A DNA stretch of 64,000 nucleotides from an uncultured virus (IMG/VR IMGVR_UViG_3300044640_001752) (Duplodnaviria > Heunggongvirae > Uroviricota > Caudoviricetes), in IMG/VR virus record IMGVR_UViG_3300044640_001752; one strand, written 5' to 3'. The position numbers were made by a program, and so were the translations under genes. This document shows positions 40,160 to 48,921 of the stretch, piece after piece. Within the stretch, counting starts at the first letter, position 1. Each line of letters opens with the position of its first letter. The notes under the pieces are model-generated. The model searched no databases and was not told where the DNA came from. It saw only the letters and a list, made by a program, of their open reading frames with translations.

Positions 40160-42057
40160 ATATAAACGAAGGCGGTAATGTATTTAAAGACTCCACCGGG
40201 ACACCACTCACGCAAAGAATTAAACAAGCTGACGTCATGCCCACTGTGCAATGGCTGGAAGGCATTACTGGACTGGATTTAACCAGCGAAAAAGCTGCCG
40301 ACGGCAGTCCTGTTAAATGGTTAGGATCCACTGGACGAAAAGCAGACTCTGGTGACTTGGATTTGTCTGTTGATGCAGGGGAAATGTCAAAAGATCAATT
40401 GACACAAGTGCTAACAGTCTGGACGCAGAAACAAAAAGTAGATCCTGCTCGCTACATCAAAAAAACTGGATCAGCGGTACACTTCTTTGCAGCCATTGGC
40501 GGCAACCCTGCGAACGGGTTTGTGCAAACAGACTTCATGTTCAGCAACAAGCCACGCTGGACACAGTTTGTATTAAGCAATGATCCTGCTAGCCGATACA
40601 AAGGTGCCTTGCGTAACATCATGCTGAACAGCATGGCCAAGAGCCTGGGTTACAAGTTGAATCAAAACGACGGCATAATGAATCGTGCCACCAACGAATT
40701 AATAACTGACGATCCGGCACAAGTGGCAAAGATGCTATTGAGCCCAAATGCTACTCTTGCAGATTTGTCCAGCGTAGAAGCAGTCATGCGAGCACTGGAA
40801 GCAGATCCCAAAAAGCCACAAAAAATTGCAGATTTCAAAGCACACATGGAACGCGAAGGCATTCCTTTTGATGATGGGCTAGTAAAAGAAAACACAGAAT
40901 TATACACCGAATACAACGAAGTCAGCATGATGGCACGTCTGCGTGATCGTATAGTGAACCAAGGTATGCAGGTCATTGTAGAAGGTGTACGCATTGAGCA
41001 CCCCGAGGACATGATTTTTGACCAACGTCCCAGTGCCGGCCTTAAACAAGCACTTGCTGGCATTGTAGCAGCAGCCCAGCGTCCACAAGAAACCACTGTT
41101 AAATGGGATGGAAAACCTGCCATCATCTTTGGGCGAAAACCTTCAGGTGAATTCGTGCTGACTGACAAGTCGGGATTTTTGGCCAAGGGCTACGATGGCT
41201 TGGCCACAAGCCCAGAACACATTGCCAAGATAATGGCACAACGTGGCGGCGAACGTGGCGAACTGGTTGCCATTTATCAACGCCTGTTTCCTATGCTGCG
41301 CCGAGCAGTTCCGCAAGACTTTCGCGGTTACATACAAGGTGATTTACTTTATTCTTCTACTCCGCAGCGTATTGGCAATCAATGGGTATTCCAGCCCAAC
41401 ACTGTCAAGTATGCTGTGCCTGTGGATTCTGATCTGGGCAAAAAGATCGCCGACAGCACAGCCGCGGTTGCCATACACACCAGTTTATCTGCACCGGGTG
41501 CACCAGCTGAACCCATTCGTGCTGCAGCATTGGCAGATAGTCCAGGGCTTCTTATACTAGATCCCAGTCTCAAAGATCCTCGAACAATCAAATTAGATGC
41601 CAAAACAGTAGCAGATGCCAACCGTTTGCTTTCTCAGTATGGTGCTGCCATGGATCGCTTGTTTGATCCTACCGAATTACGTGCAAGAAAGATCAGCAAT
41701 TTTCCTGCCTTGATTAAAACTTACATCAACAGTCGTGTGCGCGGCGGCAGCTATGACAACTTGGTAAGCGGGTTTGGGTCGTGGATACAACAACAAGAAC
41801 CTGCCAAAGCTCCGAGAATTTTTGAATGGGCAACCGAAAACAAACAGGCAGTAGCAGCACTATTCCAAGCATTCATTGAAGTGTCCAGTCTTAAAAATCA
41901 ACTGGTGCGTCAATTGGATTCACAGTCACAGGCAGTGCAGGCCAGCATCAACAACGAACCCGGGCACGAAGGATATGTGGGTCAGGGCATGAAATTTGTT
42001 GATCGCATGCGATTCAGTGCTGCCAACTTTGCTAAAAACAATCCTGAATTGGGATAG
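40156..42057 (+). CDS. Fusion of a Pol-beta-type nucleotidyltransferase domain and a KxDG ligase-like domain
   Basis: LGSTGRKADSGDLDL...VQTDFM; TVKWDGKPA...QGDLLY...HEGYV...MKFVDR. Confidence 0.65.
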   Translation: MNINEGGNVFKDSTGTPLTQRIKQADVMPTVQWLEGITGLDLTSEKAADGSPVKWLGSTGRKADSGDLDLSVDAGEMSKDQLTQVLTVWTQKQKVDPARYIKKTGSAVHFFAAIGGNPANGFVQTDFMFSNKPRWTQFVLSNDPASRYKGALRNIMLNSMAKSLGYKLNQNDGIMNRATNELITDDPAQVAKMLLSPNATLADLSSVEAVMRALEADPKKPQKIADFKAHMEREGIPFDDGLVKENTELYTEYNEVSMMARLRDRIVNQGMQVIVEGVRIEHPEDMIFDQRPSAGLKQALAGIVAAAQRPQETTVKWDGKPAIIFGRKPSGEFVLTDKSGFLAKGYDGLATSPEHIAKIMAQRGGERGELVAIYQRLFPMLRRAVPQDFRGYIQGDLLYSSTPQRIGNQWVFQPNTVKYAVPVDSDLGKKIADSTAAVAIHTSLSAPGAPAEPIRAAALADSPGLLILDPSLKDPRTIKLDAKTVADANRLLSQYGAAMDRLFDPTELRARKISNFPALIKTYINSRVRGGSYDNLVSGFGSWIQQQEPAKAPRIFEWATENKQAVAALFQAFIEVSSLKNQLVRQLDSQSQAVQASINNEPGHEGYVGQGMKFVDRMRFSAANFAKNNPELG

Positions 42058-42082
42058 GTACTGACCGATTTCTGACTTTTGG

Positions 42083-42090
42083 TATAAATA
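42083..42090 (+). promoter_or_regulatory. T4 consensus late promoter TATAAATA
   Basis: Exact match, followed by a leader and AAGGAG RBS. Confidence 0.75.
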
Positions 42091-42133
42091 AGTGCAGGGA
42101 CGAAACATTCCCACTTAACCAAGGAGCTTTAAA

Positions 42134-42601
42134 ATGGCATATTTTCCACCCGCAAATGGTGATGCACAACCAGTATACGCATTAGACATCAACAACGGCC
42201 CACAACAAGGCGTTATCACTGCTGCTGCACTAGTGCAGATGGCAGGTCCAAAACTGGACTTTTTCAACGTTGTGGTTCAGAACGGTTCACAGCAGAACAT
42301 TGACTTGCAAAACCAGTTGGGTAATGTAACATCAGGTGTTTTCACACCAGGTGTTGTTGTCCAACTTAATCAAAGCATTCAAACTACAGCTACTATTGCT
42401 ATGTACCAAGTTGAAGCTGCTTCAGCTGGTCAGATCAGCTACGCTGTTTATCCAAGTGGCGCTTACACAGCAGCAACTCTGCAAGCTCAACTACGTGCAT
42501 TAGGTAACATTCAGATCACAGCCAGCGATGGTACAGTGACTGGTGTTAACGTTACAGGTACAGACGTTGTAAACGTAGGTTTCAAACTAGCTGCAAGTTA
42601 A
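42134..42601 (+). CDS. Probable abundant virion structural protein
   Basis: Own late promoter, strong RBS and terminator; small-residue-rich. Confidence 0.6.
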   Translation: MAYFPPANGDAQPVYALDINNGPQQGVITAAALVQMAGPKLDFFNVVVQNGSQQNIDLQNQLGNVTSGVFTPGVVVQLNQSIQTTATIAMYQVEAASAGQISYAVYPSGAYTAATLQAQLRALGNIQITASDGTVTGVNVTGTDVVNVGFKLAAS

Positions 42602-42626
42602 TTTCGAGTCAGTTTAGTATAGACTC

Positions 42627-42657
42627 AAGCCCTGGATTTATTTCGGGGCTTTCTTTT
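42627..42657 (+). terminator. Intrinsic terminator
   Basis: AAGCCCTGGA-TTTAT-TTCGGGGCTT followed by TCTTTT. Confidence 0.7.
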
Positions 42658-42677
42658 GACCATTAAATACCTATACT

Positions 42678-43340
42678 ATGCAACCACTTAATCCAATTAC
42701 ATTATGGCCTGTTTTGATGTACGACTTTCAGTGGGCCGAACACAATCAACATCGAGATGAAATTGCCCAGGTATGTTATGATCTCGAAGCAAAGAAACAT
42801 GTCAGTAATGTAGCGCCAGATGCCAAACGAGGCCTATACGAAAGCGGGTTTGACTTTGTGACCACAGATTCGCCTGCTGTTCTTGCATTTAGTCACTGGG
42901 CCAAGCAATGCTTGTTCCGTGCTGCTGCAAATGCCAATAAACCATACTGGCCCGCAGGTATGAATGTCACAGTTGAAATACACGAATCCTGGTGCCACAT
43001 TACCCGCGACGGTGGCTATCATGACACACATGCTCATCCGGGTAGTTCTTGGTCTGCTATCTATTATGTAGACACCGGAGACATGGGTGCTGCTGAAGAT
43101 AAAAATGGAGTCAACAGATTTTATAATCCCAATCACTGTGCTTATGCAGATGCCGGAATGGCTTGGGTAAATCGCAACACCAGTATTGATTTCAGAGCTG
43201 AACCTGGCATGATGATTGTTTTCCCCAGTTGGCTACAACATTCTGCTGTTGTTTATCGAGGTAACAAGGATCGTATTGTTATTGCATTAAATGCTAGAAT
43301 TACCAGATCTGACATGAGTTCAGTTGGCTTATCCATATGA
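42678..43340 (+). CDS. Putative 2OG-Fe(II) oxygenase (phage TIGR02466-like)
   Basis: SW...H-x2-H-x-H...SAIYY...FPSWLQH-x-A...RIVIALN. Confidence 0.75.
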   Translation: MQPLNPITLWPVLMYDFQWAEHNQHRDEIAQVCYDLEAKKHVSNVAPDAKRGLYESGFDFVTTDSPAVLAFSHWAKQCLFRAAANANKPYWPAGMNVTVEIHESWCHITRDGGYHDTHAHPGSSWSAIYYVDTGDMGAAEDKNGVNRFYNPNHCAYADAGMAWVNRNTSIDFRAEPGMMIVFPSWLQHSAVVYRGNKDRIVIALNARITRSDMSSVGLSI

Positions 43341-43759
43341 TACGTGTAAAATGTAGCACCCGGTTTGATATCACCGAAACAGGTGTAAAAAATCGTTCCC
43401 ATAAAGCTCGAATAGTATTTCGCGACGCCACTGGTCGAGAGATAACCAACGAACTTGAATGGAACCGCGCTAGAAATCAACAGTGCAATTGGGAAACTGT
43501 CAATCAAGTTATTTCGCTAAGAACCTTGCCGGAAAACATCAGTCGACCGGTACACAAGGCTGATATTGGTATTTGGACATTTGAATTTGCAGTGGTAGAT
43601 CCTGCATCTATCACGCATGATAGCAACCCAGTCGGTTATCTGTTGAATGACTGTGCAGATGTTCCTATGATACTGGGCTTGAACGAAACGTCCAATATCA
43701 CACCATTTTTAATCAGTTCCGGACCAGATGCCAACATCTGGTTTGAGGTCTTAGCATAA
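43337..43759 (+). CDS. Hypothetical protein
   Basis: 140 aa; ATGA overlap. Confidence 0.7.
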   Translation: MIRVKCSTRFDITETGVKNRSHKARIVFRDATGREITNELEWNRARNQQCNWETVNQVISLRTLPENISRPVHKADIGIWTFEFAVVDPASITHDSNPVGYLLNDCADVPMILGLNETSNITPFLISSGPDANIWFEVLA

Positions 43760-43781
43760 ATAATCTGTCTAAGGATACATA

Positions 43782-44042
43782 ATGGTCGACACTACTGATA
43801 TCGAAAAAAAGAGCTTAGAAGCACACGTTGAGTTATGTGCCGAACGTTATCGTTTCTTGGAAGAAAAATTAGAAACAGTAGAAAACAACACTGCTCATGT
43901 GACCACAATGGTCACTGAGATACGCAACATGGTACAAGACATGCATAAAAAACGTCAAGATCAACTGTTGAGTTGGGGTGTAGGAATCATTGCAGCATTG
44001 ACTTCGGCGGTTGCGTTTTTATTAGTGCAATACGTGTTTTAA
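43782..44042 (+). CDS. Coiled-coil protein with C-terminal TM helix (holin/XhlA-like topology)
   Basis: HVELCAERY, coiled coil, then WGVGIIAALTSAVAFLLV; late promoter at 43757. Confidence 0.55.
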   Translation: MVDTTDIEKKSLEAHVELCAERYRFLEEKLETVENNTAHVTTMVTEIRNMVQDMHKKRQDQLLSWGVGIIAALTSAVAFLLVQYVF

Positions 44043-44542
44043 TGAAAAAATCCAATAATCTTGACAAGCTGGAAAAACTGCTGGAGCCCGAATTAGATCA
44101 GCTCAAGCAAAACATAATCTACTGTGACGACGGCAAATACCATGTGTTTACTCAATACACAATCGACAAACAACTCAATGACACATATTTGACCTGTAAA
44201 CAATACCAAGACCCAAGAACATTTAGTACACTAAGATTTGCGTTGAGCTGGTGTATCGCCGACAAGTATGGCAAATTGGATCTTGCTAGTACCATTGTAA
44301 CTTTAGATCAACAACGATACACAATATTAAACAATGTTAAAGTTAGACAAACTTTAGCTAAAAAAATACAAGACCCTGTTAGAAAAGAAATAGTCGAATT
44401 AAAGATTGCTAACAAAAAACACGGACTTGTACAGATAGAAAATCAGTTGACCAAATGTGTAAATTTGGCTAAATACTGGCAGATAAAAGGATTTAATTGC
44501 GATGAAACTGCAAGAACTAGACACTCTCAAACAACAAGATAA
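44042..44542 (+). CDS. Hypothetical protein
   Basis: Start re-placed to the TAATG overlap at 44042. Confidence 0.65.
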   Translation: MKKSNNLDKLEKLLEPELDQLKQNIIYCDDGKYHVFTQYTIDKQLNDTYLTCKQYQDPRTFSTLRFALSWCIADKYGKLDLASTIVTLDQQRYTILNNVKVRQTLAKKIQDPVRKEIVELKIANKKHGLVQIENQLTKCVNLAKYWQIKGFNCDETARTRHSQTTR

Positions 44543-45884
44543 AGCAGAACAAGTGCTGGAAAATCGACTGGGTCACTCAGTCTCTTTCGACAACCTTAGC
44601 TTGTATGAATCACGTCATATGCTGATGCGTGTGCGAGGACTGCTCAATGAACACCGTTCAAGCACTGCTTTTCACTCAAGCGAGCGCAATCCTGCTTATC
44701 TCAAATTGCTCATGATTGAATCCGGTCTCAAAGGACGACTCAAAGAAGTTGCTCCTGTAGTTCCAGGACAGCCGGCTGCAGCTCCAGGTGCAGCACCTGT
44801 TGCAGGAACCGTGCCTGCTACAGGTACTGTGGCAGCAAAGCCTGGACAACCTGCTGCTGCGCCAGTTAATCTCAAAGACCCCAAGCTGATTGCTGCCACT
44901 AAAAAATCACAATCTGGACAACAGCTAAATCCTCAAGAAAAAGAGATGATGGCTGCTGCTGGTGCTGCTGCTGTGGCTATGCAAAAAGAGTCAAAATTGG
45001 GACGTCGCAGACTCAGAGAAAGCGAACTGCAATCAGCACAAGTTGTGTTGGCAGCGCAGGACATGATTGACCGAATTCAAAAGATGCTGGAAGAAGTTTC
45101 AGAAATGCAATTCAAAGACCTGCCAGCTCTAACTGACTCGATCAAGAACGACATGGGAATTGATCAAGCAACACAATTTCAAAGTGCCAGTGCTGCTGCA
45201 TTGACACAACTGTTGCAAAGTTTGCAACAAGGCAAAACACAGATGGAAGCTGCCCAAGGCACACTAACTGGCCAAGCACCTGTTGTTCCAGGTCAAGAAC
45301 CTGCTGCAGACATGGGTGCAGATCTCAATGCAGAACCTGCTGTTGATGCTGAAGTAGCTGTTGACGCTGACGTTGCACCGGCTGATGAAGAAGAACCAAC
45401 ACCACTAGGTGCTCCTGAGGCATTAGGCCGTGAGCGTCGCAACGCAGGCGGTATGATGGAAGGCACACATACACGTACCAATACATATCGTATTAACGGT
45501 CAAGATATGATTGAATATCTTGCCAATGAGACAGGTGCTCAAGTAGAAATGCGTGGTGATGATGTTGGTATCTTAACAGTTGATACTATTACATTTCCTA
45601 GGCTAGCAAAATTGGCTGCTGATTTAGCTCAACAAGGCAAAATCAAAGCAATTGCTGGTCCGGCAACCAGAGACATGACAGGCAGAGCAGTGCCTGTTGG
45701 TGGAAATTATATGTCTGGTCCTAGTCGCCGTGACATTGGCGAAGCAGCCAAAAAGAAAGGCAGCAAGCCAGACTTTTTAGATGTTGACAAAGATGGCAAC
45801 AAGAAAGAGCCATTCAAGAAAGCTGTTGACGACAAGAAAGCAGGTCCTAAAAAAGGCGTAAATCCTTTCGCTAAAAAGAAATAA
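44502..45884 (+). CDS. Probable internal head/core protein with C-terminal EF-hand-like motif
   Basis: TAAATA at 44470; acidic and Pro/Ala-rich linkers; PDFLDVDKDGNKKE. Confidence 0.6.
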   Translation: MKLQELDTLKQQDKAEQVLENRLGHSVSFDNLSLYESRHMLMRVRGLLNEHRSSTAFHSSERNPAYLKLLMIESGLKGRLKEVAPVVPGQPAAAPGAAPVAGTVPATGTVAAKPGQPAAAPVNLKDPKLIAATKKSQSGQQLNPQEKEMMAAAGAAAVAMQKESKLGRRRLRESELQSAQVVLAAQDMIDRIQKMLEEVSEMQFKDLPALTDSIKNDMGIDQATQFQSASAAALTQLLQSLQQGKTQMEAAQGTLTGQAPVVPGQEPAADMGADLNAEPAVDAEVAVDADVAPADEEEPTPLGAPEALGRERRNAGGMMEGTHTRTNTYRINGQDMIEYLANETGAQVEMRGDDVGILTVDTITFPRLAKLAADLAQQGKIKAIAGPATRDMTGRAVPVGGNYMSGPSRRDIGEAAKKKGSKPDFLDVDKDGNKKEPFKKAVDDKKAGPKKGVNPFAKKK

Positions 45885-46222
45885 TGAAACTGATTGAATT
45901 TGAAGTAAATTCAGCCAACACACAGGAACTTGCTGCATTAAGCCAGTTTCTGCTGTCTCGTGCCGATGATCAATCTTCGTCTAAAACAATATCAATAGAT
46001 GCTTTTTTAAAGTTGGCCGGCAACATGGGAATCAGTTTAACTGATTCTCAATTGCGAAACATAGCACAACAACCTCCCTTGAGTGGACTGATTGCCAACG
46101 TCACCGACAGTGAAATTTTGTTCAAAGGCACCGAAGAAGTAGCTCCCAATATGAGCGTGGACCAGGCTCGTGACACAGTCAACACCATGGCCAAACGAGC
46201 AGCAGGAAAATCTGGCCTATAA
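45884..46222 (+). CDS. Hypothetical protein
   Basis: MKLIEFE start; TAATG overlap. Confidence 0.7.
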   Translation: MKLIEFEVNSANTQELAALSQFLLSRADDQSSSKTISIDAFLKLAGNMGISLTDSQLRNIAQQPPLSGLIANVTDSEILFKGTEEVAPNMSVDQARDTVNTMAKRAAGKSGL

Positions 46223-46225
46223 TCA

Positions 46226-46804
46226 ATGAATCTTGTGTACATCCACGGTGCCAGTGCCACCGGAGATAGTTTCAATTACATTCGGCAGCATTTAAATCAT
46301 CCCAGCGAAATTGTCATTGAGTACAACAGTCAAAATGGATTTGACTGTAATTTGGATGACATGAAAAACATTATTGTCAATATCAATCATGTTGTATTTG
46401 TTTGTCACAGTCTAGGTGGCATATATGCCTTGCATTTAGCAGCAGCCTTTCCAGATCGAGTATTGGGTGCAGTTACAATGAGCACACCCTACGGCGGAGC
46501 CGAATCGGCAGATTATGCCAAATACTTTTTACCTTTTAATCGATTGTTACGCGACATCGGACCCAGCAGTGCACCAATGAAAACAGCCAGCACAATTCGA
46601 ATACAACATCCGTGGTTAAATATAGTGACCACACGCGGTGATAGTCCTTGGATTATACAACCCAATGATGGAGTAGTGACCATAAACAGCATGAGGCATA
46701 GATCCGAAATGCAGCTCGAAGAATTATACATCAACCATTACGAAGTAGTAATGAGCCCAAAAACAGTTGATATCATCAAAGAGTTCGTGTATAATATTAA
46801 ATAG
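46226..46804 (+). CDS. Alpha/beta hydrolase
   Basis: YIHG, CHSLGG nucleophile elbow, STPYGG, NDGVV, NHYEV. Confidence 0.85.
   Translation: MNLVYIHGASATGDSFNYIRQHLNHPSEIVIEYNSQNGFDCNLDDMKNIIVNINHVVFVCHSLGGIYALHLAAAFPDRVLGAVTMSTPYGGAESADYAKYFLPFNRLLRDIGPSSAPMKTASTIRIQHPWLNIVTTRGDSPWIIQPNDGVVTINSMRHRSEMQLEELYINHYEVVMSPKTVDIIKEFVYNIK
46767..46803 (+). promoter_or_regulatory. sigma70-like promoter plus late promoter
   Basis: TTGATA-17-TATAAT, then TAAATA at 46798. Confidence 0.55.
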
Positions 46805-46827
46805 TAATATATCCCAGGAGGACTATT

Positions 46828-47166
46828 GTGAAACGAATTATTCTTGCAATTACTTTATCCATTTTTATGATCGGAACTGCACAAGCCGGTGGTTACGGTC
46901 GCGGTTACAACAACAACTACAATTACAATCGTGGCTATAACAATGCCTGGGCTTGGGGCGGAGCAGCCTTTTTGGGCGGAGCCATTATTGGTGGAGCACT
47001 CACATACGGAGCAAGACCTTACTACGCACCTCCTCCGGTATACTATGCACCTCCACCGCCGGTTTATATACCACCGCCGGTATACTACGCACCTCCCAAC
47101 ACCTATGTGGATCCCAATCCAGCACCAGTGTTGTACTGGGATAGTATGTGTCAATGTTATAGATAA
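46828..47166 (+). CDS. Secreted/membrane Pro-Tyr-rich protein (PXPV-repeat-like)
   Basis: AGGAGG RBS, GTG start, signal peptide, Gly zipper, YYAPPPVY repeats. Confidence 0.75.
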   Translation: MKRIILAITLSIFMIGTAQAGGYGRGYNNNYNYNRGYNNAWAWGGAAFLGGAIIGGALTYGARPYYAPPPVYYAPPPPVYIPPPVYYAPPNTYVDPNPAPVLYWDSMCQCYR

Positions 47167-47167
47167 T

Positions 47168-47767
47168 ATGAATCCTGATTTAATGCGTAAATACGCCAAC
47201 ATTATTAACGAAGCTGCATCGGCAGTAATTGGTCCTTTTAAATTGATAATGATCAAGGACGGAATGATGCATCTTGACGGGCATGCTCCGGTTCAATTAG
47301 GATCCAACGTCAAAGACACATTAAAGCCGGGATACAACTATGCATTTGAATTGTCAGACGGAGTAGCTGCAAAAGTTATCTTAATGGTAGCAGACATTGT
47401 AGTACATACTGACACAGAAGTTTTAATGATTAAGCGCAAGAACAATCCTTATGCAGGGCATTGGGCATTACCAGGCGGCTTCATTGATCCAGGCGAAACT
47501 CCAGCGCAAGCAGCAATACGTGAGCTACAAGAAGAAGCAGGATTACATGTTGACCATGCAACCTTTGTAGGAGAGTTTCGCGAACCTGGGCGAGATCCAA
47601 GGATGGAACATACCTGGAGTTGGGCATATAGTGTACACGTAGCCGACAAAACAAAAACAACAGCAGGTGACGATGCAAGTGCAACAGCATGGATTCCTAT
47701 AAACAAGTTGGGAAAGATGCAATTGGCATTTGATCATGCAGCTATTTTACAAAAGGCATTATCATGA
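47168..47767 (+). CDS. Nudix hydrolase (ADP-ribose pyrophosphatase-like)
   Basis: WALPGGF-x2-PGET...AIRELQEEAGL, RDPR, AGDDA, LAFDH; start re-placed to 47168. Confidence 0.88.
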   Translation: MNPDLMRKYANIINEAASAVIGPFKLIMIKDGMMHLDGHAPVQLGSNVKDTLKPGYNYAFELSDGVAAKVILMVADIVVHTDTEVLMIKRKNNPYAGHWALPGGFIDPGETPAQAAIRELQEEAGLHVDHATFVGEFREPGRDPRMEHTWSWAYSVHVADKTKTTAGDDASATAWIPINKLGKMQLAFDHAAILQKALS

Positions 47768-48240
47768 ATCCAGAATTTTTTAGAAAATATGCAGATCTTA
47801 TTACCGAGGCAGAGCAGGTTGCCATTGATGACAATTGGTTTAAACAAGGGTCATTTAAAACTTTTAAAAAAGCAGCACCAGTAAAGTATCAAGTTGCACA
47901 ACAGCCCGGCACAGTAAAAACATTAGAAGGTCCTGTAAAATACGCAGCTGGACATTATATTATGACCGGTCCCAAGGGAGAAAACTATCCCATTGCTCCT
48001 GAGAAGTTTGCTACTTTATATGATGACAATGGCGACGGTACAGCTACTCCTAAGAAAATTATTAAGCTGGCTAAGTTAGCAGACCACGACGGTGTGTTAC
48101 ACACTAGTTGGGGAGATTTAAATTACACAGCAGGCAATGATTATATTGTACGACACGGTACTGGTGATTATGGCGCAGTAAAGAAAGACATATTTGCACA
48201 GACATACGACACAGGTGGAATAAATGGCATACAGCGATAA
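47764..48240 (+). CDS. Tandem-domain protein (PGDYG-like)
   Basis: Two internal repeats: TLEG...AGHYIM...GENYPI...F-x-TLY and TSWG...AGNDYIV...GDYGAV...F-x-QTY. Confidence 0.65.
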   Translation: MNPEFFRKYADLITEAEQVAIDDNWFKQGSFKTFKKAAPVKYQVAQQPGTVKTLEGPVKYAAGHYIMTGPKGENYPIAPEKFATLYDDNGDGTATPKKIIKLAKLADHDGVLHTSWGDLNYTAGNDYIVRHGTGDYGAVKKDIFAQTYDTGGINGIQR

Positions 48241-48610
48241 AGTATTAGATCACTACGAGAACCCACGCAACGTTGGATCGTTTGACAAAAGTGATCCAGA
48301 TGTAGCAACCGGTATGGTAGGAGCACCGGCCTGCGGTGACGTAATGAAATTACAAATAAAGGTTCTGGATGGCATTATTACGGATGCAAAGTTCAAAACA
48401 TATGGTTGCGGCTCAGCGATTGCGTCGTCAAGCCTGGTTACTGAATGGGTCAAAGGAAAAACTCTCGACGAAGCAGCAACAATTAGAAATACTGACATTG
48501 CTCAAGAACTGGCTTTACCACCGGTAAAAATTCACTGTAGTATTTTAGCCGAAGACGCCATTAAAGCAGCCATTGCAAACTACAGAGAAAAGCATGATAA
48601 CAATAACTGA
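48224..48610 (+). CDS. iscU: Fe-S cluster scaffold IscU
   Basis: YSDKVLDHYENPRNVG, GAPACGD, GCGSAIASSS, LPPVKIHC. Confidence 0.97.
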   Translation: MAYSDKVLDHYENPRNVGSFDKSDPDVATGMVGAPACGDVMKLQIKVLDGIITDAKFKTYGCGSAIASSSLVTEWVKGKTLDEAATIRNTDIAQELALPPVKIHCSILAEDAIKAAIANYREKHDNNN

Positions 48611-48920
48611 AACTGCCGCACGTAAAATTGTCAGCAATATTGCCAAACGTGGCTCAGGAGTAGGCATTCGTGTTGGAGTCAAGACCACTGGCTGTAGCGG
48701 ATTAGCTTATGTATTGGAGTACTTGGATCAAGCACCGTGTACTTGGGATTGGACAGAGTACGAAAAGGATGGAGCGCGAGTCTGGGTAACAGGAAAAGAC
48801 TTGGTATACTTAAACGGTCTCACTATCGATTATACACGTCAGGGTCTCAACGAAGGATTTGACTTTCGAAACCCGCAAGAAGCTGCACGTTGCGGATGTG
48901 GAGAGAGCTTTACTATATAA
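48594..48920 (+). CDS. iscA: Fe-S cluster assembly protein IscA
   Basis: ITITETAA, GCSGLAY, CGCGESF. Confidence 0.95.
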   Translation: MITITETAARKIVSNIAKRGSGVGIRVGVKTTGCSGLAYVLEYLDQAPCTWDWTEYEKDGARVWVTGKDLVYLNGLTIDYTRQGLNEGFDFRNPQEAARCGCGESFTI

Positions 48921-48921
48921 A

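Noticed and set aside
39634..41186. Long antisense ORFs (e.g. 39634-40128, 40662-41186; also 60132-60698 and 4454-4942)
   Set aside because: Fully opposite to well-supported genes, with no motifs or RBS; expected shadow ORFs
46889..47167. Long N-terminal extension of the Nudix ORF overlapping 46828
   Set aside because: Shadow frame of the Pro/Tyr-rich gene; the ATG at 47168 directly follows that gene's stop and matches the neighbour's N-terminus
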